A stretch of 43,949 nt of DNA, taken from assembly GCA_002314565.1 (NCBI GenBank), contig DCGL01000010.1, positions 1 to 43,949 on the forward strand, read 5' to 3'. The stretch comes from Clostridiales bacterium UBA1779. Its GTDB lineage: Bacteria; Bacillota; Clostridia; Oscillospirales; CAG-272. Position 1 is the first letter of the stretch, and the number at the start of each line of letters is the position of its first letter. A program made the position numbers and the translations under genes. This document shows positions 28,031 through 37,492 of the stretch, one piece after another. The notes beneath the pieces were generated by a model, which had not been told where the DNA came from, searched no databases, and saw nothing but the letters and a program-made list of their open reading frames with translations.

Positions 28031-29059
28031 ATGAAAGAAGAAAAAAAGAAGCCGGCGCTTTTCTGCGGCAGCAGGGATAAGCCTTCGGCACCGGATACCG
28101 GACCGAAGAAAAAAGAAAACTCCGACGGACTTGCGGCGGATAATGAAAGCCGCGGACTGCAGGCAACGGCACAGAATGAAAACGTGCCGTCTTCTGCCAG
28201 GCAGTACGTCCTGACCGGAAAACAGAAAAAGAACTGGCTTATGGCCAATATGTGGGACAGCTCATACGTTGAAATCCGCGATAACCGGGCGCTTGTCAGA
28301 AAACCGACGGAAAAGATTCGGAAGAAGGCAGTTAAGCTTTTCGTGGCCGTTCTGGCGCTGGTTTGTCTTCTGCTCAGTTTCCCGGCGGGAAAACTGATTG
28401 CGGCGAGATTTGTAATCAGGAATCTGGTTCTTGAATCCGAGGGGAGCATCACGGTTAGCGAGCTTGCTGCGGCTGCCGGAATCGGTATTGACGACAGTAT
28501 ATTCTCGGCATCTCCGGGAACCTGTGAGAGCAGAATCCTTGAATCGTTTCCGGCTATCCGAAGCTGTAACGTGAAAGTCGGGCTCGGCGGTGACGTAACG
28601 TTTACATACAGTGAATACGAAGCTGTCGTGTATTTTGAAAGCGCAGGAAGATATTACAGCGCCGATAAAGATCTGTACGTAATTGAAGTCAGTGACAGTC
28701 CCGGGGTATTCGCGGAACGCGGACTGATTTTTGTAAAGCTGCCACAGATAAAAACCGCTCTGTGCGGCACCGTGCTTGAGTTCTTCGACTCGGACGGGGA
28801 TTATATCAGGGAATTTCTTTACGCAACCGAAGGAATGCCTGAGAAATTCGCAACGGTTTCGTTTGAAAACAGGTTTGCCGTGTACAGCGAAACGGACGGC
28901 GGATGTACTGTCAACTACGGGACAGTCAATGATCTTGAGACGAAGCTGCTGTTTGCAAGCAGGGTGCTTGAATATGAAACAGTCCCTGAAAATCCCGTGA
29001 TAGACGTAAGCTGTCAGGGGAAGGCGAGTATCAGGGGAAAAAAGCAGACGGGCAGCTGA
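28031..29059 (+). CDS. ftsQ: FtsQ/DivIB-like cell-division protein
   Basis: Lys-rich cytoplasmic N-terminus, single TM (LFVAVLALVCLLLSF), a POTRA-like segment, and position between murG and ftsZ. Confidence 0.6.
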   Translation: MKEEKKKPALFCGSRDKPSAPDTGPKKKENSDGLAADNESRGLQATAQNENVPSSARQYVLTGKQKKNWLMANMWDSSYVEIRDNRALVRKPTEKIRKKAVKLFVAVLALVCLLLSFPAGKLIAARFVIRNLVLESEGSITVSELAAAAGIGIDDSIFSASPGTCESRILESFPAIRSCNVKVGLGGDVTFTYSEYEAVVYFESAGRYYSADKDLYVIEVSDSPGVFAERGLIFVKLPQIKTALCGTVLEFFDSDGDYIREFLYATEGMPEKFATVSFENRFAVYSETDGGCTVNYGTVNDLETKLLFASRVLEYETVPENPVIDVSCQGKASIRGKKQTGS

Positions 29060-29087
29060 GTTTTCTTTGAAAAAAAAGAAAAAAATG

Positions 29088-29116
29088 TTGCAATTACGTT
29101 AAAATTATTATATTAT
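29088..29116 (+). promoter_or_regulatory. ftsZ promoter
   Basis: TTGCAA, 17-nt spacer, TATTAT, preceded by the same GAAAAAATGTTGCAA/A-tract context as the mraZ promoter. Confidence 0.5.
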
Positions 29117-29168
29117 ATTATTATGTATATGGGAAGAGCGGAAAGACCGCATAAAGGGAGGAATCATT

Positions 29169-30509
29169 ATGGCACAGCTTGGTAAAGGAATATTTGACAG
29201 CGGCGTGAACATCAAGGTCATCGGCGTCGGCGGAGGCGGAAACAATGCCGTAAACCGTATGATCAGTTCACAGATAGGCGGAGTTGAATTCATCGCAATC
29301 AACACGGACGGTCAGGCTCTCGGGGCCTGCACAGCTGACAAGCAGCTGATAATCGGTGAGAAAATCACCAAGGGACACGGTGCCGGTGCCGATGCAACTA
29401 TCGGTCAGCGCGCTGCAGAAGAGAATACGGAAGATATTAAAAATATGCTTTCCGGTGCCGATATGGTATTTATCGCTGCCGGTATGGGCGGCGGAACCGG
29501 AACCGGTGCTGCTCCCGTCGTTGCCAGAATTGCCCATGAAATGGACATTCTGACCGTAGCAATCGTAACGAAGCCCTTTATGTTCGAAGGCCGCAGAAGA
29601 ATGCTTCAGGCCGAAGCCGGAATTGCAGAACTCAGTCAGTTCGTCGATTCTCTGGTAATAATCCCCAACGAAAGACTCAAACAGGTTTCCGATACCAGAA
29701 TCACTCTGTTCAATGCCTTTGAAATTGCCGACGACGTTCTTCGCCGCGGTGTTCAGAGCATCTCCGAACTTATCAACGGCGACGGATTCATCAACCTCGA
29801 CTTTGCCGACGTTACAGCCGTTATGCAGAATGCCGGTTACGCACATATGGGTGTCGGAGCCGCAACCGGTAAGGACAAGGCAGAGCTTGCGGCAAAGGCC
29901 GCCATTTCAAGCCCGCTGCTTGAAACCTCAATCAAGGGCGCAACCGGAATCCTTATCAATATCACGATTTCTCCCGACGTCGGACTTGAAGACGCAGATT
30001 ATGCATCTTCTATGATTACCGAGGAAGCCGATCCCAACGCAAACGTCATCTGGGGTGTCGTTTTCGATCCTGAACTCGACGACGAGATGAGAATCACGAT
30101 AATTGCAACAGGCTTTGATCATCAGGACCAGAAACCCGCAGAAGAGCCTGTAAACGTAAGACGTCCTGCAGCCACTGCCGCGCAGGCAGCCGCCCAGCTT
30201 CAGCGCACTGCTCCGAAGCCTACTGCAAATACGCAGCCGACAGCTCCTGCCGTACAGAACACGGCAGCTGCCCAGACTGTTGTAAATCCCGCTCCTGCCC
30301 AGAGACCGGTTCAGACTGCTCAGGCTCAGACGGCAGCGCAGACTGCACAGACGTCAGCGCAGCCTGCTCCTCAGGCAAACGCTCAGCGTCCCGCACAGCC
30401 GGCACAGCCTGAAGAAAATCAGGACGGCGGAATGGATTTCAATTCTCTTATGAATCTTATCCGTTCACGTAAGCAGGGCGACGGATTCAGTGGAACCGGA
30501 AGAAGATAA
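29169..30509 (+). CDS. ftsZ: Cell division GTPase FtsZ
   Basis: GVGGGGNNAVNRM and the tubulin signature GGGTGTGAAPV. It has a long Q/A/P/T-rich linker and a conserved C-terminal peptide. SD GGGAGGA upstream. Confidence 0.98.
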   Translation: MAQLGKGIFDSGVNIKVIGVGGGGNNAVNRMISSQIGGVEFIAINTDGQALGACTADKQLIIGEKITKGHGAGADATIGQRAAEENTEDIKNMLSGADMVFIAAGMGGGTGTGAAPVVARIAHEMDILTVAIVTKPFMFEGRRRMLQAEAGIAELSQFVDSLVIIPNERLKQVSDTRITLFNAFEIADDVLRRGVQSISELINGDGFINLDFADVTAVMQNAGYAHMGVGAATGKDKAELAAKAAISSPLLETSIKGATGILINITISPDVGLEDADYASSMITEEADPNANVIWGVVFDPELDDEMRITIIATGFDHQDQKPAEEPVNVRRPAATAAQAAAQLQRTAPKPTANTQPTAPAVQNTAAAQTVVNPAPAQRPVQTAQAQTAAQTAQTSAQPAPQANAQRPAQPAQPEENQDGGMDFNSLMNLIRSRKQGDGFSGTGRR

Positions 30510-30618
30510 TAACAAATCATATCGGAACCTCTGACAATTCCGCACATATCGCTTTGACTGCGGTACGGAAGTTCCCAAAATAATCAGCTGTGACGGTCTT
30601 CCGGAAGGAAGGCCGTTA

Positions 30619-31548
30619 TTGGCAGAAAAGGATAATTTTTCGAAAATGGATAACTTTGAAATACTTGCCGCTCTGAGAGACGGTACAAAGAAAAAGATAA
30701 TTCTTGACACTGACTGCTTCAACGAGGTTGATGACCAGTATGCTCTGGCCTATGCAATGCTTTCTCCCGACAAGGTTGAAATCTTATCAGTCAACGCCGC
30801 CCCCTTCCTCAACAGCCGTTCAACCTCGGCCGGTGACGGAATGGAAAAAAGCTATAACGAGATTTTCAGAATTATGAAGCTGACAGATCCCGTTCTTGCC
30901 GAAAAGATTCCGGTATACCGCGGTTCGGAAAGCTTTATGACGGACCCGAAGGTTTACGTTCAGTCCGATGCCTGTGACAATATCATCAACACCGTTATGA
31001 ACAGCGAGGAGCTGATTTATATCGTGGCCGTCGGAGCCATAACGAACGTGGCTTCAGCCATTGTAAAATGTCCTGAAATCGCAAAGAAGGCAGTACTTAT
31101 CTGGCTCGGCGGTCACGCACTTGAAAGACCCGATACGAAAGAATTCAATTTAAAACAGGATATTCCCGGAACGCAGGCCGTATTTGACAGCGGAATCGCT
31201 CTTTATCAGATTCCCTGCGACGGTGTCTGCTCTCAGTTTATCACCACAATACCGGAGGTCAATTACTATCTCAAGGGAAAGAATGAGCTCTGCGATTATC
31301 TCTGCAAGATTACCGAAAGCTACACGAAGAATCCTTACGGCTGGTCAAAGGTTATCTGGGACGTAACCGCAATTGCGGCAATCACCGTTCCCGCAGCCGA
31401 AGAAACGGTAATTATTCCGAGACCGTACGTAACGTCTGACTGCCGCTACGCTTTTGACGCGGCACGTGCGCCCTATATGTATGTGAGAAAAATCAGAAGA
31501 GACCCGATTTACGCCGATCTCTTCAAAAAGCTTTCCGAAAAGAACTGA
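30619..31548 (+). CDS. Inosine/uridine-preferring nucleoside hydrolase family protein
   Basis: N-terminal Asp cluster ILDTDCFNEVDDQYAL (DxDxxxDD). The start could be TTG 30619 (SD GGAAGG) or ATG 30646. Confidence 0.8.
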   Translation: MAEKDNFSKMDNFEILAALRDGTKKKIILDTDCFNEVDDQYALAYAMLSPDKVEILSVNAAPFLNSRSTSAGDGMEKSYNEIFRIMKLTDPVLAEKIPVYRGSESFMTDPKVYVQSDACDNIINTVMNSEELIYIVAVGAITNVASAIVKCPEIAKKAVLIWLGGHALERPDTKEFNLKQDIPGTQAVFDSGIALYQIPCDGVCSQFITTIPEVNYYLKGKNELCDYLCKITESYTKNPYGWSKVIWDVTAIAAITVPAAEETVIIPRPYVTSDCRYAFDAARAPYMYVRKIRRDPIYADLFKKLSEKN

Positions 31549-31676
31549 TTGCAATTGTTTCTACACCGCATTCCGGATGCTTTCCGAAAAGAACCGATTA
31601 CAATTATATCAATACAGGCATTTCGAATGATTTCCGAAAAAACAAATACTGATATTTCAACACCGGCATCCCGAAT
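31530..31676. repeat. Three tandem copies of about 49 bp derived from the 3' end of the nucleoside hydrolase gene
   Basis: Units 31530-31578, 31579-31628 and 31629-31676 each begin G(C/A)TTTCCGAAAA. Copy 1 contains the TGA stop. Confidence 0.9.
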
Positions 31677-31708
31677 GAATCCGGTATAAAGAAAGGAACG
31701 AAAAACTT

Positions 31709-33601
31709 ATGGTTACGAATGAGACACTTAATCTGTCGGGACTCAATTCAAAGTTCGAATATCCCATTCTCGAAGTCTGTGAGATGCTCGGCATCTGCAC
31801 CGGTGACGACGGAGCTGCCCTGATTCTCAGAAAAGGCAAAAAATTCGAAGTCAGACGCGAAGAGGACGGCTTCCATATCACTTACCGTAAGACCTGCGAA
31901 ATCTTCAGAGGCCTGACGCTGCTCGGCCGTGTTCCCATGGGCTATGCAATTTCACAGGAAGGCAATCCCGAACTGCTCTGCTATATGGTCGACGCATCGA
32001 GAAATGCCGTTTTAAGCTACGAGGGGGTCCGCCGTATGGTAAGAGTTCTTGCCACTCTCGGTTACGATTCAATGATGCTTTATACCGAAGATACCTACGA
32101 GGTTCCCGGTTACCCTTATTTCGGTCATATGAGAGGCCGTTTTACAGAGAAGGAGCTCAAAGAGCTTGACGACTACGCCTTCTCTTTCGGAATTGAAATC
32201 ATCCCCTGCATCCAGACTCTTGCCCATCTGTCCACCGCCATCCGCTGGCCGGGACTGCGCGGTTTCTCGGATACCGGAGATATCCTTCTTGCCGGTGACG
32301 AAAGAACCTACGATTTTATCAAGGCAATACTTGAAACCTGCAAGAGATGCTTCCGTTCACGAAGAGTAAATCTAGGTATGGACGAAGCGCACAATCTGGG
32401 ACTTGGCAGCTACCTCAAGCGCAACGGCTACCGCAAGGCATCCGATATTATGCTTGAGCACCTGTCACGCGTGGCAAAAATCTGCGAAGATCTCGGACTT
32501 GCCCCGATGATGTGGTCCGATATGTTCTTCAGAATGGCCTTCAAGGGCACATACCGCGTACGCGAAGGCGAAATCGCCCCCGAAATTATGGAAAAGGTTC
32601 CGAAGAACGTAGCTCTGGTTTACTGGGATTACTATTCTCTCGACCGTCAGATTTTCGATCATATGGTCGAGTGTCATCAGAAATTCGACAACGAGGTTCT
32701 CTTTGCCGGCGGTGCCTGGAAATGGTCCTGCATTGCTCCACACAACCGCTTCTCGCTTGCTTCAACGAAGCTTCAGCTGGACTCCTGCGCCGAGCACGGA
32801 CTTACGAAGATTATCGTAACAGGCTGGGGTGACAACGGAGGCGAAGCTTCTCAGTTCTCAACTCTTCCCGTTCTTCTTTACTTTGCGGAAAGACTGTACG
32901 GCGGTCCCGAAGTTGCCGACGTTGACGAAGACGCTCTGCGCGAGCGTTCACTTGAAGTGTTCAATGCAAAGTGGGATGACCTGCTTCTCTTCGACCTTCC
33001 AAACGATTTCCCGGGAACCTCACCGAAAGAAACCTCTCATCCCATGAATCCCTGCAAGTACCTTCTGTACAACGATCCGCTTGAGGGACTTTTCGACAAG
33101 CAGATGATTCCGGAAGTTGACGAATACTATGCAAAATATGCAAAGATTCTGCTTTCTCACAAGGACGATTACCGCTGGGGCTATATTTACAATTCCCTCG
33201 GAACTCTCTGTGACCTGCTTTCAATCAAGGCCGACCTCGGCGTCAGAATTACAAAGGCGTACCTTGACGGAGACAAGGATGCCCTGCGTGAGCTTGCACA
33301 TACTGCAATTCCCGCCTGCGTCGATAAGCTTGACGTGTTCACAAAGGCTTTCAGACAGCAGTGGTTTGAAGAGAACAAGACCTTCGGCTTCTCAAACGAG
33401 GATATAAGACTCGGCGGACTCAGAGCAAGACTGCTTGCAGCCCGCGACAGAATAGACGAATATCTTGACGGAAAAGCTGCAGCCATCGAAGAGCTTGAAC
33501 AGCCGAGACTCTGGGTTGACGGAAGAGCAGCTGACAGCACCGCAACGCCGTTCATCGTCTTCAATAACTGGAGCCAGACCGCAACCGTCGGACAGATGTA
33601 A
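31709..33601 (+). CDS. Glycoside hydrolase family 20 beta-N-acetylhexosaminidase-like protein (intracellular)
   Basis: TIM-barrel motifs IIPCIQTLAHL and the catalytic pair in NLGMDEAHNLG. No signal peptide. Confidence 0.7.
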   Translation: MVTNETLNLSGLNSKFEYPILEVCEMLGICTGDDGAALILRKGKKFEVRREEDGFHITYRKTCEIFRGLTLLGRVPMGYAISQEGNPELLCYMVDASRNAVLSYEGVRRMVRVLATLGYDSMMLYTEDTYEVPGYPYFGHMRGRFTEKELKELDDYAFSFGIEIIPCIQTLAHLSTAIRWPGLRGFSDTGDILLAGDERTYDFIKAILETCKRCFRSRRVNLGMDEAHNLGLGSYLKRNGYRKASDIMLEHLSRVAKICEDLGLAPMMWSDMFFRMAFKGTYRVREGEIAPEIMEKVPKNVALVYWDYYSLDRQIFDHMVECHQKFDNEVLFAGGAWKWSCIAPHNRFSLASTKLQLDSCAEHGLTKIIVTGWGDNGGEASQFSTLPVLLYFAERLYGGPEVADVDEDALRERSLEVFNAKWDDLLLFDLPNDFPGTSPKETSHPMNPCKYLLYNDPLEGLFDKQMIPEVDEYYAKYAKILLSHKDDYRWGYIYNSLGTLCDLLSIKADLGVRITKAYLDGDKDALRELAHTAIPACVDKLDVFTKAFRQQWFEENKTFGFSNEDIRLGGLRARLLAARDRIDEYLDGKAAAIEELEQPRLWVDGRAADSTATPFIVFNNWSQTATVGQM

Positions 33602-33622
33602 TTATTTTTCCCTAATACAAGT

Positions 33623-33648
33623 AAAAAACGGCCTTCGGGCCGTTTTTT
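33623..33648. terminator. Bidirectional intrinsic terminator
   Basis: AAAAAACGGCC TTCG GGCCGTTTTTT. Confidence 0.9.
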
Positions 33649-33739
33649 ACTTGCCATTATTCTTTATTAATGATATAATAAATGTATATTTTTATTGATT
33701 AAACAGGGACGGTTCCCTGAAATCCGGAGGTTAACTTAA

Positions 33740-36700
33740 ATGGTCTTCTGTGAGAAATATAAAGGAATAATTCCGCGCATCGTTCATTCACCGGCAGAAT
33801 GGGCCCTTGTCGGCAGAGAAATGAAGATAAGCGCCGCCTGCCGCGCGTCAGACGGAAAGGTTCCGGACAGTCTGTGGGTATACGTGAGACGGGGTGAGAA
33901 GTATGAACTGAAGCCCTGTGATTCACTGACTGCCTGCGGACAGAAATATGAGATATATTCGGGTTATATTCCGAAAGAAGAGGTTTCGGGAGCTTCCGTT
34001 TCATACGCCGTAGGTGAAGAGGGATTTTTCTCTGAACTTACAGATATGTACCGCGTTGAACTGATTGACGGTGATACTCTGCCGTCACAGCCTCCGCTTA
34101 TTCTTACCGAGATTTATGGAAGACCTAAGGGAAGAGGAATCGGCACATATCTTGAGGTTATGAACCCATCCGAAAAAACGGTTGACCTCTACGACTATGA
34201 ATTCCTGGTAATTGAGAGCAAAAACGTTGCCGACGGAAAGCCCTTCGTCCGTCTTCCCATGTGCGATGCTCCCGGAACGGAATATATGAAGCCGGGTGAA
34301 TTTGCGGCAATCTGGGGGATTACCGCTGCAAACCTTGATAAGAAGGGAAGATTCTGGTCAAGCCCTGAAGATTTCTTTGAGGATTTTGACTCGGATTTCA
34401 ACAACAGATTTGCAGGATACACTACAGCTGACGGGCATGTCGTCCCAGTTCATCTTTATTCCGTCAATCCGGAAACCGGCGAAAAGAAGCCGCTTGCCGG
34501 CGTCGGTGAAATTCCCGTAAAAAATACGGAAACTTACCTGTTTATCGTTCCGAGAGGAAAGAACAAAGAGGAAGCTGTCTATACTGCTCATTACAACACG
34601 GTGTATGCCAGCTGTGATACTCCTGTCAAACAGTCTTCATACTGGAAAACGGACGTACGCTGCCCTGATAAGGGAATAACAATTTGTCATTACGCCCCCG
34701 GAACCCCCGGATTTGCCGGAAGGGGACAGGCATATCCCGATGCAGCAGCGGATCTTCCGCTGATTATTCCTATGAAGCCCGATACCGGACTTTATATTTC
34801 AGACAAAGCTGCCGATTTCGTGTTTGCAGCTGTTCCCTCTGATCCTGCAAGACGCGTAACCGATGCTCAGGTTCATATATGCATTTCGGATGAAGAAAAA
34901 ATACTTGAAGCATACGAAAGGGAAGACGGACTCTGGCACGCAAAGCTTGATTCCGATTTTATCGCACGTCACTCAAAGCTTTCATATTATCTGACCGCAT
35001 CCGACGGAACGAGAAGCGTATCGACTGCCGGTGAAAAGATTGAAATCAATATATTCGACAATGAGGGACCTGCAATTACGGATTGCATTCCAAGCGAAGG
35101 ATATGCATATGACGGAAGAGAAAAATGCGAAATAAGCGCGCGGTTTTATGATATTTCAGGTGTCGATCTTTCGGAATGCAGTTTGAACGTTGACGGAAAA
35201 GACTGTACGTCAGGGGCCCAATGGAGTCCAGCAGGCGTTAAATATGTTACCGAATTTTCAACGGGCAGCCATAATATGCATCTTGAGCTCTGTGACTGTC
35301 TCGGAAACCGCAGCGAAAAGAAAATCAACTTCACCGTTTCCGATCTCTCTGAAATGAATTGCTATATCGGGGAAGTGCACTGCCATACCTCCGATTCCGA
35401 CGGCACCGGTTTCCCGCCGGATGCTTACGAATATGCAAGAGACGTGGGCAAGGTCGATTTCTTTGCAACAACCGAGCATTCTCATTATATAGATACCGAG
35501 AAATACCGCAAAGCGCTTGAAACCGCCGAAAGATTTGACGAGCCCGGCAAATTTGCAGCTCTTTACGGCTGGGAAATGACCTGGAACAATTCCTGCGGTT
35601 ACTGGGGGCACATCAACGTACTCAATACGCGTGAATTTATCAGCGATATCAATTCCGTCAGTGAGCCGGAACTCTGGAAATGGATGAAGGAACGTCCGGG
35701 ATGCGTGGGAATGTTCAATCATCCCGGTTACAGCTGGGGCAATTTCGACGAGTTTTCGCACAGAGACGACGAAAGCGACGGTCTTATGCAGCTGGCCGAA
35801 ATCAAGGGACCCGTATACGATTTTGAATATATGAATATGCTGGCAGAGGGCTGGCACTGTTCCCCCGTGACAAACGAAGACAATCACGCTCCGAACTGGA
35901 CGACGGCGACAAATATGTACGGAATGATTCTGGCACCTGCCCTGACACGTCAGAACGTTGTCGATGCATTTGTCAATCACAGAACTTATACGACCTCGGA
36001 CAGAACGATGAAAATTCTGTATAAGGTCAACGGCGAGTGGCTCGGCTCTCATCTTGACAATCCGGACAAGCTTCGTTTTGATATTTCAATCACCACGGAA
36101 GCTTTGTCGGGCATCGGACTTGTCGAGATTGTGACGGAAGACAATATCGTTGCTGCTTCGAAAGATTTCAGCGGTATAAGAACGGCAAACTGGAAACCCG
36201 TACTGAATGCCGATTTCGATTATTACTACGTTAGAATCACCGGAATGGGCAATTACTGTGTGACGGCTCCCGTATGGCTTGAAAACCGCGGAGAAGCCGT
36301 AATTACCGGGATTCAGTATGCCGCTTCGTATAATGAAACCGACTCTGCAGCTGTTACCGCAGTCATTGAAAACAAAACCGCGGAAACTCTCGATGACGTA
36401 AGAGTGTCGTTTATACTATCTGCCCAGAACGGATTCAGGCTTGCCGATGCCGAGCCCTTCAGACGGATATGCTGCGGAAAGATGAAAGCGGGGTCAAGCC
36501 TCAAGGTCTCGGCTCTGCTTCCCGAAATCCCGTATCTGCGGCGCGCGACGGTAATAGTCAGCGCAAAGAACGACGGAAAGAGACGTTCGTCAACGGCATA
36601 TGCAATGCTGAATCCGGTCCAGATTACCGCAACTATGCCCGAAAGCGCTGTGTTTGAGCGTGACGGCAAAGAATTTGAAAATCCCTTTGCGTATATTACA

Positions 36701-37369
36701 CTTTATAACCGTTCACCGAAGCCGGTGTCGCTCAGCGGGGCAAGGCTCTGTTTGTGGACCAAGACCGGTAAACAGCCGTCTGAAGACAGAAAAATGACCT
36801 TCGGCAAGTTCGTTCTGCAGCCGAGAAGCACGGTGGTTGTCTGGGACAAAAGTCAGAATCCGGAACTCACGGTTAACGATTTCAACGAAAGATACGGAAC
36901 ATCTCTCGTTGAGGGCGTAACGATTATTCCCACGTCAGTTCATATTATCGGGGAGTCGAAAGACGGACGCAGACTTGATCTGAGGTTTGGGGACGTTCTT
37001 CGTGAAGAGATCATCAGCCGCGTTCACTGGAACTATGCCCTTGAATTTGACGGGGCACATCACGAAGAGGTTGAGCACCGCTACGTATACGTTCCGAACA
37101 GAACGTCGACCTCGACGCCTTCAGGTTTCCGCCGTCCGCAGCCCGGTGCCGTTGATGAAGAACAGGCAGGAATTCAGAGAACCGTTCTTCCGGGAAGAAA
37201 AGACAAGAAGAGAGCACAAGAGGCAGATAAGAAAGACGCACGTGCAGAGAAGAGAAAAGAAAACGCCGTTCTTTCAAAGAAAGAAGGCGCAATTGCCGCT
37301 GCGGGTGCCGCTGCCGTCGGTGCCGGTCTTGCAGCAACACTTGCAGTGCTGTTCAGAAAGAAAAAATAA
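33740..37369 (+). CDS. Large LTD-PHP-LTD metallophosphoesterase-like protein with a C-terminal membrane anchor
   Basis: Lamin-tail-like segments (LILTEIYGRPKG..YLEVMNPSEKTVDLYDY and AYITLYNRSPKPVSLSGARL) and a PHP motif EVHCHTSDSDGTG...ATTEHSH. The C-terminus has a K/E-rich stretch followed by a TM (AAAGAAAVGAGLAATLAVLF RKKK). SD GGAGG upstream. Confidence 0.65.
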   Translation: MVFCEKYKGIIPRIVHSPAEWALVGREMKISAACRASDGKVPDSLWVYVRRGEKYELKPCDSLTACGQKYEIYSGYIPKEEVSGASVSYAVGEEGFFSELTDMYRVELIDGDTLPSQPPLILTEIYGRPKGRGIGTYLEVMNPSEKTVDLYDYEFLVIESKNVADGKPFVRLPMCDAPGTEYMKPGEFAAIWGITAANLDKKGRFWSSPEDFFEDFDSDFNNRFAGYTTADGHVVPVHLYSVNPETGEKKPLAGVGEIPVKNTETYLFIVPRGKNKEEAVYTAHYNTVYASCDTPVKQSSYWKTDVRCPDKGITICHYAPGTPGFAGRGQAYPDAAADLPLIIPMKPDTGLYISDKAADFVFAAVPSDPARRVTDAQVHICISDEEKILEAYEREDGLWHAKLDSDFIARHSKLSYYLTASDGTRSVSTAGEKIEINIFDNEGPAITDCIPSEGYAYDGREKCEISARFYDISGVDLSECSLNVDGKDCTSGAQWSPAGVKYVTEFSTGSHNMHLELCDCLGNRSEKKINFTVSDLSEMNCYIGEVHCHTSDSDGTGFPPDAYEYARDVGKVDFFATTEHSHYIDTEKYRKALETAERFDEPGKFAALYGWEMTWNNSCGYWGHINVLNTREFISDINSVSEPELWKWMKERPGCVGMFNHPGYSWGNFDEFSHRDDESDGLMQLAEIKGPVYDFEYMNMLAEGWHCSPVTNEDNHAPNWTTATNMYGMILAPALTRQNVVDAFVNHRTYTTSDRTMKILYKVNGEWLGSHLDNPDKLRFDISITTEALSGIGLVEIVTEDNIVAASKDFSGIRTANWKPVLNADFDYYYVRITGMGNYCVTAPVWLENRGEAVITGIQYAASYNETDSAAVTAVIENKTAETLDDVRVSFILSAQNGFRLADAEPFRRICCGKMKAGSSLKVSALLPEIPYLRRATVIVSAKNDGKRRSSTAYAMLNPVQITATMPESAVFERDGKEFENPFAYITLYNRSPKPVSLSGARLCLWTKTGKQPSEDRKMTFGKFVLQPRSTVVVWDKSQNPELTVNDFNERYGTSLVEGVTIIPTSVHIIGESKDGRRLDLRFGDVLREEIISRVHWNYALEFDGAHHEEVEHRYVYVPNRTSTSTPSGFRRPQPGAVDEEQAGIQRTVLPGRKDKKRAQEADKKDARAEKRKENAVLSKKEGAIAAAGAAAVGAGLAATLAVLFRKKK

Positions 37370-37380
37370 GCAAGAAAAAT

Positions 37381-37429
37381 GGCTGTTTAACCCCGGACAA
37401 AACCGGCGGCTTAAACAGCCTCTTTTCTT
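37381..37429 (+). terminator. Intrinsic terminator
   Basis: GGCTGTTTAA ... TTAAACAGCC stem followed by TCTTTTCTT. Confidence 0.7.
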
Positions 37430-37492
37430 GCCTTTCCCAAGGGAAAGCTTGCCTTCCCCAAGGAAAAAGCTTGCCTTCCCCACGGGGGAAGG
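37427..37492. repeat. Three tandem units of 21-23 nt (CTTGCCTT(T/C)CCC..GG(G)AA..G), each self-complementary
   Basis: Units 37427-37447, 37448-37469 and 37470-37492, read directly. They lie between convergent genes. Confidence 0.8.

Noticed and set aside
29268-29846. 192-aa antisense ORF within ftsZ
   Set aside because: It is a shadow ORF opposite the tubulin-signature region of ftsZ.
30593-30616. 10-bp GGAA-tetraloop hairpin after ftsZ as an intrinsic terminator
   Set aside because: It is not followed by a U-run and overlaps the SD of the possible TTG start of the nucleoside hydrolase. Its function is unclear, so it is not called as a terminator.
35258-36052. 264-aa antisense ORF inside the LTD-PHP gene
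   Set aside because: It is a shadow ORF opposite a well-supported coding frame that carries the PHP motifs. It has no motif and no SD.
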